Shown here one piece after another: positions 31,908 to 39,982 of a stretch of DNA of 64,000 nucleotides. The notes under the pieces were generated by a model, which was given only the letters and a program-made list of their open reading frames with translations, was not told the origin of the DNA and did not search any database. The number at the start of each line of letters is the position of its first letter. The first letter of the stretch is position 1. The stretch is from Candidatus Krumholzibacteriia bacterium (GTDB lineage: Bacteria > Krumholzibacteriota > Krumholzibacteriia > LZORAL124-64-63): positions 194 to 64,193 of the forward strand of contig JAWKQQ010000006.1 of the NCBI GenBank assembly GCA_041390065.1, in the 5' to 3' direction. A program made the position numbers and the translations under genes.

Positions 31908-34900
31908 TCAGCGCATGATCACCAGCCGTTGCATGTCGCTGCGCACGCGGCCCAGCGGGCCGTCCAGCTCCACGCGGTAGAGGTAGGTGCCGTTGGCGAG
32001 GCGGTCGCGCTCGCGGTCGACACCGGCCCAGGATACCACCTCCCGGCCGTTGCCGCCCAGCGTGAACGGTACCTCGGCGACCGAGCGGCCGCTCACCGTC
32101 CAGACGCGCACCACGCCGGTGCCGCTGAGCACGTTGGTGCCGAACACGAAGCGGGTCTCGCCGCGCATCGGGTTGGGGAAGTTCACCAGACCGGTGACCC
32201 CGCCGTCGGCCGGCTCGATGGGGCTCGTCTCCAACGACACGTAGGTCTCGAAGCCGTCGATCAACAGGCGCACGCCGCGGTTGGCCTTGGCCGCCGGGGC
32301 GGTCGCCGTGAACGAGGCCTCGAGGTGGTCGCTGTCGAGCACCGACCAGGTGATCGCCGACAGCTCCAGGTGATCGCCCTGCAGCTCCACCGTGGTCGCC
32401 TCGTCGAGCCAGGCGGCCGTGGTGACGGCCACCGAGAAATCGACCGGCACCCCGGGCTGGAACACGTTGCTCTCCGGGTCCACCTCGGTGCCGTCGGCCG
32501 TGAAGGTGGCGGTCCACTCGTGGGCCACCGAGAGGGTGAACGACGGATGGGGATCGGTGTCCAGGCGGTCGGACGCGTCGTAGACGCCGACGGTGATGTC
32601 GTGCGGGAACGGACGCACCGGCAGCGTGATCACGTAGTCCATGATCTGCGTGCGGCCGTCGGGGTAGAAGGGCGTCGCCTCCACCGTGCTCGCCGTCAGG
32701 TCGTTGCCGGCCGAATCGCGAACCACGAGGCGGTCGATGCCGGCCTCGTCGCGGGCCTGCAGGTTCACGACGCGCCGATTGCTCCCGTCGAGCGCCACGA
32801 GGGCGGTCTGGGCTTCGAGCGGACCGCCGCCCACGAGCGCGGCCTCGACCTCGGGCGGGCCGGCGTCGAGCATCAGCAGCGGATCGCCGAGGACCGAGTA
32901 CTGGTAGACCATCTCCCGCACGGTCGAGCTCTGGGAGATGCCGAGCATGTTCTGGCCGGACTTCCACATCAGCTCGCCGAGCATCCAGCGGGTGCCGGTG
33001 TCCCGGCCATCGACCGTCACCCGGGGCGGCGAGATGGCCAGGACGTCGATGAAGACCTCGCTGAACGTCTTGTTGGTGCTCAGGAACTCGTAGCCGCTGC
33101 TCGCGTAGACGGCGACCGCGCCGCCCTCGATCAGGAACAGGAGCTTCTCGCCCAGGCCCGGCTCGGTGTTGCCGTTGGGACCGGCGACATTCTGGATGAA
33201 GTCGCCGAGGTGGCAGCCCATGCCGCAGAACAACCAGGGACGACCCACATTGGTGATGCGGTCGAGGTCGAAGCGGTAGTTGTTGATCCGGGAATCGAGC
33301 AGCCAGTTCTCGTGCGCCATCACGTAATGGTTGGCGTGCCCCTGATAGTGGGCCAGGGTGGCTCCGGCGTTGAGCGCATTGATGAGGCTCGTGGTCGCCC
33401 CGCTCTCCTCGCAGAAGTTCCGCGCCTCCTCGAGGCCGACGACCATGTCGATGCTCGGATGCAGGGGCGTCATGAACGGCCGCAGCATCACCGTGTCGAC
33501 CACGAGGGACACCATGCCGGCGTTGTTGGCCCAGCGGTCGGCCAGCACCCGGTTCTCGCTCTGCTCGAAGGCCAGCTCCGAGCCGTGGTACTCGATGGTG
33601 AAGCCACCGGCGTCGAGGGTGCCGCTGCTCCAGGCGTCGTCGCTCAGGAAGATGCCCCGGCGGCGCCAGGCCTGGCCGTCGCCGGCCTCCACCTGCTGGA
33701 TCTTGCCGAGGACCCGCGCGAGGTCGGCCGGCGAGTCGCACGGGATGCGTCCGATGTAGAGCGACGGCACGCCGGTGATGTTGTTGCCGCCCGGGAAATT
33801 GGTCTCGTTGCCGGCCGGCGGGTAGCCGAACCACATGTCCGAGGCCAGCACCTCCGGCGGCAACCCCTGCCCCACGTCCTGCACGTGGAAATGCGTGGGC
33901 ACCCAGTCGCGCGACCATTGCCGTCCGTCCGACGCCACGCCGAGCTCCCGCGGGTTCTCGTTCGCGCCGCCGAGCAGCACCAGCGCCCAGCTGCCCCAGC
34001 CGGGACTCGCGAGCGCGTGGTTGACCAGCCGCTTGATGGCCCACGGGTTCTTGAGGCCGCCCGTGTACCAGTCGTACAGCGCCTGGGGCTCGACCACGTG
34101 GATGGTGAGGTCGGGGTCGCGCGCGCGCCGGTACTGGATCCAGGCCTCGGCCTGCTCCCGGAACTCCGGATGGCAGACCACCAGCACGTCGGCGCCGTCC
34201 TCGGCCAGCTGGGTGGGCGGCGTGGCGTCGGTCTGCAGGGACGCCTGGTTGTAGTCGACGTCGGAGACGCCGTTGCTGAACATGCGGGTCGCCGCATAGA
34301 AGCGCCGCTGTCCCGCCGACTGATCGATCTGCAGGGAGAGCGTGAGGCTCTCGCCGACGGTCACCAGATTGGCGGCCGTGAGGTCGACGAAGCGGGGGTT
34401 GCGGGGATCGGTGATCTCGATGAGTCCGAGCTCGTCGAGCGGGAAGCCGTCGATCTCGAGGTTGCCGGTCAGCACGTCGGGGTCGCCGCCGGGAAAGCGC
34501 AGGCGGCCGAACGGCGCGGAATACAGCGCCCGGTAGTCGATCTCCACCCAGTCCAGGAACGAGAACATGCGCAGGGAGGCGTTCTCACGCCGGACGCGCA
34601 CCGAGATGTTGCCCGCCGTGAGCGCGTCGGCGGGAATGGCGTCGGAGTAGACGCGGTCGAGCTGGTTGCCGGGCAACTCGTAGTCGTCGAGCCGGGCGAA
34701 CACCGCGTCGCCCTGCACCAGCTCGATGGCCATGATCTTGGGCGAGCTGGAGAAGTTCGCCAGGCCGGCCCTCAGCACCGCCGTGGTCTGGCCCGGGACC
34801 GGCGCCCAGAAATTCAGGGGCACCACCGCGTTCTGCGACAGCACCGAGTTGTAGCAGTAGCGGTCGGTGTTCACCGAGGTGACGTTCTCCCGGTAGGCCA

Positions 34901-36236
34901 CGGCCTCGTCGAAGCGATCGATGCGCCGGTACGAATCCAGCGGCGTTCCGGTCGACGCCGGCAACGTCTCGGGATTCATCCGCGCCCAGCTCTCGCCCGG
35001 CTCCGGGTCCGCCAGCTGCAGCCAGTAGATGTTGAACTCGTTGTTCAGCTCCTGGGGATCCGCCGCGCCCTCGAGGTCGCGCACGACCCCGTCGATCTCG
35101 CGGGAGTAGCCGACGTCATCGGCCGGACGCAGGCCCCAGAACAGGAACAGGTCGTCGTCCGCGAACGCGTCGCCCTCGCCCACCATGTGGATGGGCACCT
35201 CCACCTCCGCGTACGGGCGCGCCTGATCGTCGGACGGGTCGTCGTAGTCGGCGAGGTACTGACGCTGGTAGAGGCGGATCTGGGACTCCTGCAGGGTCAC
35301 GTCGCCGGGCACCAGACCGAGCGCCACCAGCTGGCTGTAGCGCACGCGCACCAGCTGGGTCCGGCCCACGGGCAACCGCACCTCGGGATAACCGAGCGGC
35401 GTTCCCTTCGTCACGCCGCGGGCCTTGCCACCGGGCAGGATCCCGCGGAACGCGGCCTCCGTCGGCAGGCTGGTGAGCAGGTCGCCGTTCAGGAAGCTCC
35501 CGCTGAACCGCTCGTCGCCGCGGTTGCCGACGCGCTGCAGGACGCCGGCGGGCAGGGCCTTGTCGGCCGTCGGGTCGTTCACGAACCGGATGCGCCAGCG
35601 GCCGCTCGCGAGCGCCCGCACGGCCCGGCCCTCCCCGTCGGCCTGCACCGGCAGCAGCGTCACGGACACCGTCCGGCGGCCGCGCCACCACGAGACCTCG
35701 CCCAGCCGCACGGCCGGGCCGGAGGTCGCAACGCGGTCGGGGTTGCGGTAATCCTCGAGCACGGACCTCGGAACCCGTTCGGTCGGCAACGGAACGCCGG
35801 CGCCGGGCACCCACGGCTGTTCCCAACCCTCGCCGGTCTCCGGATCGACCACCATGGTCGCCACCGGCTCGACCGCCAACCAGCGCCCGTCCAGCGACCG
35901 CCACTCCTCGCTCAGCACCTCGAGCTGGGGCCGGGTGCCGGGCGGCACGAGCAGCGACAGGCTGCGCCGCGGCAGGCGCACCTGCGCGGGGCTCGCCGTG
36001 TTCACGAAGCCGGGCAACTGGGCCTCCCAGGCAACCTCGCCGGCCCGTCCGGATAGGCCGCGCTGCCAGCCGGGCGCGTCGAGCCGCAACGAGAACTCCA
36101 CGGCGTCCCGCGAACTCGACTCCAGTTGCGGCAGATTCCCGGCGTGGACCATGAGCGGCAGGACGAGCGCGGCCACGAGCCAGACCGCCCTCCGGACGGC
36201 GCAGCGCTCGCGCCGCGCGAACAGGATGGTGGACAT
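31908..36236 (-). CDS. Giant secreted gingipain-like (peptidase C25 family) protein with FlgD-Ig/T9SS-type C-terminal domain
   Basis: 1442 aa with signal AVWLVAALVLPLMVHAG. The central region has a C25-like His/Cys dyad context (LAHYQGHANH ... PWLFCGMGCHLGDF). The C-terminus reads LVNFPNPMRGETRFVF...NGTYLYRVELDG...RLVIMR. Confidence 0.7.
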   Translation of the reverse strand: MSTILFARRERCAVRRAVWLVAALVLPLMVHAGNLPQLESSSRDAVEFSLRLDAPGWQRGLSGRAGEVAWEAQLPGFVNTASPAQVRLPRRSLSLLVPPGTRPQLEVLSEEWRSLDGRWLAVEPVATMVVDPETGEGWEQPWVPGAGVPLPTERVPRSVLEDYRNPDRVATSGPAVRLGEVSWWRGRRTVSVTLLPVQADGEGRAVRALASGRWRIRFVNDPTADKALPAGVLQRVGNRGDERFSGSFLNGDLLTSLPTEAAFRGILPGGKARGVTKGTPLGYPEVRLPVGRTQLVRVRYSQLVALGLVPGDVTLQESQIRLYQRQYLADYDDPSDDQARPYAEVEVPIHMVGEGDAFADDDLFLFWGLRPADDVGYSREIDGVVRDLEGAADPQELNNEFNIYWLQLADPEPGESWARMNPETLPASTGTPLDSYRRIDRFDEAVAYRENVTSVNTDRYCYNSVLSQNAVVPLNFWAPVPGQTTAVLRAGLANFSSSPKIMAIELVQGDAVFARLDDYELPGNQLDRVYSDAIPADALTAGNISVRVRRENASLRMFSFLDWVEIDYRALYSAPFGRLRFPGGDPDVLTGNLEIDGFPLDELGLIEITDPRNPRFVDLTAANLVTVGESLTLSLQIDQSAGQRRFYAATRMFSNGVSDVDYNQASLQTDATPPTQLAEDGADVLVVCHPEFREQAEAWIQYRRARDPDLTIHVVEPQALYDWYTGGLKNPWAIKRLVNHALASPGWGSWALVLLGGANENPRELGVASDGRQWSRDWVPTHFHVQDVGQGLPPEVLASDMWFGYPPAGNETNFPGGNNITGVPSLYIGRIPCDSPADLARVLGKIQQVEAGDGQAWRRRGIFLSDDAWSSGTLDAGGFTIEYHGSELAFEQSENRVLADRWANNAGMVSLVVDTVMLRPFMTPLHPSIDMVVGLEEARNFCEESGATTSLINALNAGATLAHYQGHANHYVMAHENWLLDSRINNYRFDLDRITNVGRPWLFCGMGCHLGDFIQNVAGPNGNTEPGLGEKLLFLIEGGAVAVYASSGYEFLSTNKTFSEVFIDVLAISPPRVTVDGRDTGTRWMLGELMWKSGQNMLGISQSSTVREMVYQYSVLGDPLLMLDAGPPEVEAALVGGGPLEAQTALVALDGSNRRVVNLQARDEAGIDRLVVRDSAGNDLTASTVEATPFYPDGRTQIMDYVITLPVRPFPHDITVGVYDASDRLDTDPHPSFTLSVAHEWTATFTADGTEVDPESNVFQPGVPVDFSVAVTTAAWLDEATTVELQGDHLELSAITWSVLDSDHLEASFTATAPAAKANRGVRLLIDGFETYVSLETSPIEPADGGVTGLVNFPNPMRGETRFVFGTNVLSGTGVVRVWTVSGRSVAEVPFTLGGNGREVVSWAGVDRERDRLANGTYLYRVELDGPLGRVRSDMQRLVIMR

Positions 36237-36305
36237 GGAACAAGGACTCCATTCTCAGGGGTGCTGAGGGATGCCTTTCAGGGGTGGGTCGAGCGTCTGG
36301 TCATC

Positions 36306-36334
36306 AGTATACCAATGCTCGCCGGAGCGGTCAA
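36306..36334 (-). promoter_or_regulatory. Sigma70-like promoter for the C25 protease gene
   Basis: Minus strand: TTGACC (comp 36329-36334), N17, TATACT (comp 36306-36311), about 70 nt upstream of the ATG at 36236. Confidence 0.45.
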
Positions 36335-36370
36335 ACGGCAGCGGGGTGGGCCATCGCCCACCCCGCTGCC
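36331..36370 (-). terminator. Terminator hairpin after paralog A
   Basis: Perfect 15-bp stem GGCAGCGGGGTGGGC-GATG-GCCCACCCCGCTGCC followed by GTTTGA on the minus strand. Confidence 0.6.
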
Positions 36371-36392
36371 AGTTCCGACCGATGCGGGTCGC

Positions 36393-36971
36393 TCAGTCGA
36401 ACAGGGCCTTGACCTCGGTCAGGCTGTGGGCTTCGGTCGCCGTCACGCCGCCGCTGTTGAGGGTGGCCACCACGCCACCGAGCGGATTGCCGCTGGTGAG
36501 GAAGCAGGCGATCAGGTCGTCCGGATTGGCGCCGTTGGCGATGCCAGGGCCGGCGGGGCTGAAGCTCGAGGGCGTGGAACCACCCATCGAGATGTCGACC
36601 GCCAGACCGGCGGTGTAGAGCAACTGAACGGTGCACAGCACCGCGGTGTTGTCGCCCGCGACCGGCAGCGGAGTCTGGAAGCCGGCGATGTGGTTGGTGG
36701 GGCTGCCGAAGTTGGTCCAGCCGTTGGCGCCGGTCGCGCTCAGCACGAATACGTTCACGTCCGAGAAGATCAGGGAGCACTCGTAGGCGCCCACCGAACC
36801 GACCGGGGCATCGAGCAGCACGATGTAGGCGTTGAACGGACTGAACCCGGCGTCGAAGTTGGTGTCGTTGTCACCGAAACTCGAGTTGCTGAAGAACACA
36901 CCCATACCGGGCTGCGCGAAGGCGGCGCCGGCCATCAGGGCCACGATGACGAGAGCTAGCAGTTTCTTCAT
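36393..36971 (-). CDS. Small secreted protein, unrecognised family, paralog A
   Basis: ATG at comp(36969-36971) after CAGGAGAGG. MKKLLALVIVALMAGAAFAQ signal. Shared blocks MGVFF, FNAYIVL, GAYE, GWTNFGSPTNHIAGFQTPLP, PSSF, NPDD, ATLNSGG and tail EAHSLTEVKALFD. Confidence 0.8.
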   Translation of the reverse strand: MKKLLALVIVALMAGAAFAQPGMGVFFSNSSFGDNDTNFDAGFSPFNAYIVLLDAPVGSVGAYECSLIFSDVNVFVLSATGANGWTNFGSPTNHIAGFQTPLPVAGDNTAVLCTVQLLYTAGLAVDISMGGSTPSSFSPAGPGIANGANPDDLIACFLTSGNPLGGVVATLNSGGVTATEAHSLTEVKALFD

Positions 36972-37149
36972 GATCCTCTCCTGAAGCAACGCAGGTCCTC
37001 AATCCTTGCCGGGGGAACTCCCTCCCTGCCACCCGCCGCCCGCATCGGCGGGGTGACATCCGGCGCATCCGGGGCTCGGTACGTCCGTGTAGAGCCGTCC
37101 CGTGGCCAAGCTAACCGGATTCCGGCCCGGAGACCGGTTTCACGCGATG

Positions 37150-37178
37150 AATATCCCCGCAAAGTTCGGTCCTGTCAA
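37150..37178 (-). promoter_or_regulatory. Sigma70-like promoter for paralog A
   Basis: Minus strand: TTGACA (comp 37173-37178), N17, GATATT (comp 37150-37155). Implies a ~170-nt structured leader. Confidence 0.45.
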
Positions 37179-37392
37179 GCGCGCAAACCGGATGGTCCAG
37201 CACGCTCCATCTCGGGGAATCACGGCGCCTCTCACGCCCCGTGGATGCGGGCCGCGGCCGTGCGAACTGCATGCCGGAGGGAGTCCGCACGCGCGGAACA
37301 CGGCCTCGGATCGCGCCCCGACGCGGGCACGACCGCCCGCCGGATCGCACACGCCGCAGACGGGGCGACGGCGGCCGGCGGGGATGCGAAGA

Positions 37393-37418
37393 GGCCGCCT
37401 CCCCGGAGGGAGGCGGCC
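37393..37418 (-). terminator. Hairpin after paralog B
   Basis: GGCCGCCTCCC-TCCG-GGGAGGCGGCC on the minus strand, about 25 nt after the stop. The following U-tract is weak (CTCTTCGC). Confidence 0.45.
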
Positions 37419-37440
37419 CGTGACGCGGGATCGCGAGCGG

Positions 37441-38085
37441 TCAGTTGGCGAAGAGAGACTTCACGCCGCGCCAGCTCTGAGCCTCGGTGGCCACGGGGAA
37501 CTCGATGCCCTGGCCGTTGAGGGTGGCGACCAGGCCGCCCATGTCCGGCCCGCTCGTGTAGGTGCAGAGGATGATGTCGTCGACGTTCAGGCCGTTGGCG
37601 ATGGCCGGGCCCGCGCCATTGACGCTGCTGGGGCTCGACGCACCCATGCGGATCTCGACGGTGCTGGAGCTCGTGTTGAGCAGACGCATCTGCGACAGGA
37701 CCGCGGCGACGCCGTAGGTGGGCACGGCGAACTGGAATCCGAACAGGTGATTGGTGTAGTCGCCGAAGTTCGTGCCGCCGTAGGAGAAGCCGTCGGGGTA
37801 GGTGTAGACGCCGCTGTCCCAGGTGGCGTCCGGGCCGGCCAGGCCGAGCACGAACACGCCGGGATCGGAGATCTCCAGGCTGCACTCGTAGGCCGCCACG
37901 GAGATCACGGTCGGGTTGAGCAGCACGATGTACATCTCGAACTCGGTGCCGGGCTCGACGTTCAGGTTGGTGGTGCCGGGGATGAAGCTGGCATCGTCGA
38001 AGAAGACGCCCATGCTGTTCTCGAGCTGAGCGAAGGCGGTTCCGGCGAGCAGAACGACCAGCGCGACCATGATCAAGGTCCTCAT
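37441..38085 (-). CDS. Small secreted protein, unrecognised family, paralog B (longest, most divergent)
   Basis: ATG at comp(38083-38085). MRTLIMVALVVLLAGTAFAQ signal. Shares MGVFF, FEMYIVL, AAYECSL, TNFGDYTNHLFGFQFAVP, PSSV, ATLNGQG and tail EAQSWRGVKSLFAN. Carries an extra DATWDSGVYTYPDGFSYGG insertion. Confidence 0.8.
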   Translation of the reverse strand: MRTLIMVALVVLLAGTAFAQLENSMGVFFDDASFIPGTTNLNVEPGTEFEMYIVLLNPTVISVAAYECSLEISDPGVFVLGLAGPDATWDSGVYTYPDGFSYGGTNFGDYTNHLFGFQFAVPTYGVAAVLSQMRLLNTSSSTVEIRMGASSPSSVNGAGPAIANGLNVDDIILCTYTSGPDMGGLVATLNGQGIEFPVATEAQSWRGVKSLFAN

Positions 38086-38293
38086 TGTTCTCGTCTCCCT
38101 GGTGCGGCGCAGGTCTGGACACTGTTCAACCCGGCCGATCATCGTCTGCACAGCCGCCTGCACCGGCTGTGCGGACCGACGGTGCGAGACGACCGTCGAC
38201 GACCAGGTTCCGAAGCTTGATAACCATGCATCGAAAATGATGTTTGGTCAACCCTATGTACGCGGATGCTGCCAAAAGGTTGCGTAGATGCTG

Positions 38294-38346
38294 AAAAAAA
38301 CAACGTCTGGTGATGACGCGAACGCCCCGGGCAGGGCCCGGGGCGT
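38294..38346 (-). terminator. Tandem-hairpin terminator after paralog C
   Basis: Minus strand: ACGCCCCGGGC-CCT-GCCCGGGGCGT, then CGTC-ATCACCA-GACG, followed by TTGTTTTTTT. Confidence 0.6.
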
Positions 38347-38379
38347 CGCACTGTCGTGTCAGCTGGTCGCAGGAACGAC

Positions 38380-38976
38380 CTAGTTGAACAGGGCCTTCAC
38401 GGCGGAGAGGCTGTGCGCCTCGGCGGCCACGCCACCGGGGAACGTGATGCCGTCGCCGTTCAGGGTGGCCACGAGGCCGCCCATGTCCGGGCCGCTGGTG
38501 TAGTTGCAGACGTAGAGGATGTCGGGGTTGCTACCGTCGGCCAGGGCCGGGCCGGCGCCGCCCACGCTGCTCGGGCTCGAGGGGCCCATGCGGACTTCGA
38601 CCAGGTCGTTGGCGGTGTAGAGCATCTGGATCGTCGACATGACCGCGTAGCCAGCGGAGCTCGGCAGCGGGGTCTGGAAGCCGGCGAGGTGGTTGGTGTT
38701 GCTGCCGAAGTTGGTCCAGCCGTTGGGGCCGGAGACGCTCAGCAGGAACACGGCGGGGTTGCTGATCTCGATGCCGACCTCGTAGGCGCCGATGGTGAAC
38801 ATCGTGGTCTGGATCACGGCGATGTAGGCGTTGAACGGAGCGGCGCCGTTGTCGAGGTTGGTGTTGGCCTCGGTGAGGTCGCTGTCGGAGAAGAACATGC
38901 CCATGCTGTTGTCCAGCTGAGCGAAGGCGGAACCGGCCATCAGAGCCACGAGGGCAAGCGTTAGCAGGGTCTTCAT
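38380..38976 (-). CDS. Small secreted protein, unrecognised family, paralog C
   Basis: MKTLLTLALVALMAGSAFAQ signal. Shares MGMFF, FNAYIAV, GAYE, GWTNFGSNTNHLAGFQTPLP, PSSV, NPD, ATLNGDG and tail EAHSLSAVKALFN. Confidence 0.85.
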   Translation of the reverse strand: MKTLLTLALVALMAGSAFAQLDNSMGMFFSDSDLTEANTNLDNGAAPFNAYIAVIQTTMFTIGAYEVGIEISNPAVFLLSVSGPNGWTNFGSNTNHLAGFQTPLPSSAGYAVMSTIQMLYTANDLVEVRMGPSSPSSVGGAGPALADGSNPDILYVCNYTSGPDMGGLVATLNGDGITFPGGVAAEAHSLSAVKALFN

Positions 38977-39113
38977 GGATTGAACTCCCGGTGCAATGCA
39001 GGTGGGGAAATCAGCGCCGGGGAACTGGTTTCCCCAACAGCCGGCGGCCTGCGTCTACCGGCTAGCGCGACAGTGAAACTGCGTGTGGCCCCGTGGCCAC
39101 TTGATCTTGAACG

Positions 39114-39142
39114 ATTCTACAAGTGATGGGCGAAGATGTCAA
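39114..39142 (-). promoter_or_regulatory. Sigma70-like promoter for paralog C
   Basis: Minus strand: TTGACA (comp 39137-39142), N17, TAGAAT (comp 39114-39119), in a locally AT-richer spacer. Implies a ~130-nt leader. Confidence 0.55.
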
Positions 39143-39192
39143 TAATCGATCCACCACCCACGAGAATCTTTTACATTGTCAAACGAGTGTAC

Positions 39193-39232
39193 AAAACCAA
39201 TAAAAACCGCCCCGGGGATCGCCCCGGGGCGG
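39193..39232 (-). terminator. Rho-independent terminator after paralog D
   Basis: Perfect 11-bp stem CCGCCCCGGGG-CGAT-CCCCGGGGCGG followed by TTTTTATTGGTTTTG on the minus strand. Confidence 0.75.
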
Positions 39233-39256
39233 TACATGCGATCAGCGCTCCCGATC

Positions 39257-39862
39257 TCAGTCGAAGAGGGCCTTGACGTCGCTGAGGCTGTGGGCCTCGG
39301 TCGCCACCACGCCGTCGCCGTTGATGGTGGCCACGTAGCCGCCGTCGCTGGTGAGCGGGCAAGCGATCAGGTTGTCCGGGTTGGCGCCGTCGGCGATGCC
39401 CGGGGTCGGGGGGTTGAAGCTCGAGGGGGTCGCGGCCCCGAGGTTGATGAACACGGTCGGGACGCCGGTGTACAGCATCTGGATCGTGCAGAGCACCGCG
39501 CCATCGGCGCAGGGCAGCGGGGTCTGGAAGCCGGCCAGGTGGTTGGACGGGGTGCCGAAGTTGGTCCAGCCGTTGGGGCCGGTGACGGCCAGCAGGAACG
39601 GGGCGCCGCCGTCGAAGGTGACGCTGGTCTCGTAGGCCGCGACGCTGGCGACCGTCGGGTTGACCAGGACGATGTAGGCGTTGAACGGGGCGAAGGCGTT
39701 CACGAAGTTGGTGTTGGGGTTCATGCCGCCATCAGCGATGGACTCGTTGATCACACCCAGGTCGTTCGTGAAGAACATACCGATCATGTTGTCTTCGCTC
39801 GTCTGAGCGAGGGCGCCGGCAGCCATGAGGGCCACCAGGGCCAGAACTAGCAATTTCTTCAT
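39257..39862 (-). CDS. Small secreted protein, unrecognised family, paralog D
   Basis: ATG at comp(39860-39862) after CAGGAGAGC. MKKLLVLALVALMAAGALAQ signal. Shares GMFF, FNAYIVL, AAYE, GWTNFGTPSNHLAGFQTPLP, PSSF, NPDN, ATINGDG and tail EAHSLSDVKALFD. The 241-aa ORF extension upstream is rejected. Confidence 0.8.
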   Translation of the reverse strand: MKKLLVLALVALMAAGALAQTSEDNMIGMFFTNDLGVINESIADGGMNPNTNFVNAFAPFNAYIVLVNPTVASVAAYETSVTFDGGAPFLLAVTGPNGWTNFGTPSNHLAGFQTPLPCADGAVLCTIQMLYTGVPTVFINLGAATPSSFNPPTPGIADGANPDNLIACPLTSDGGYVATINGDGVVATEAHSLSDVKALFD

Positions 39863-39916
39863 TGTTGCTCTCCTGAAGCAGCGCAGGTCACGGTTGCGGA
39901 GCCGTCGGGAAATCCC

Positions 39917-39949
39917 TGCTGCCCCGCCGCCTGCATCGGCGGGGCAGCA
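39917..39949 (-). promoter_or_regulatory. 13-bp-stem hairpin between the dockerin gene and paralog D (terminator and/or first element of the paralog leader motif)
   Basis: Minus strand: TGCTGCCCCGCCG-ATGCAGG-CGGCGGGGCAGCA, 34 nt after the dockerin-gene stop. Related hairpins sit upstream of paralogs A, B and C. Confidence 0.5.
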
Positions 39950-39982
39950 ACCGGCACTTGGTCGGGCCCGGTCCAGAAGCAA

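Noticed and set aside
36393-39862. A diversity-generating retroelement or recent gene conversion as the source of variation among the four paralogs.
   Set aside because: No reverse transcriptase or template-repeat is present. Differences are spread along the whole proteins and DNA rather than confined to adenine-specific hypervariable patches.
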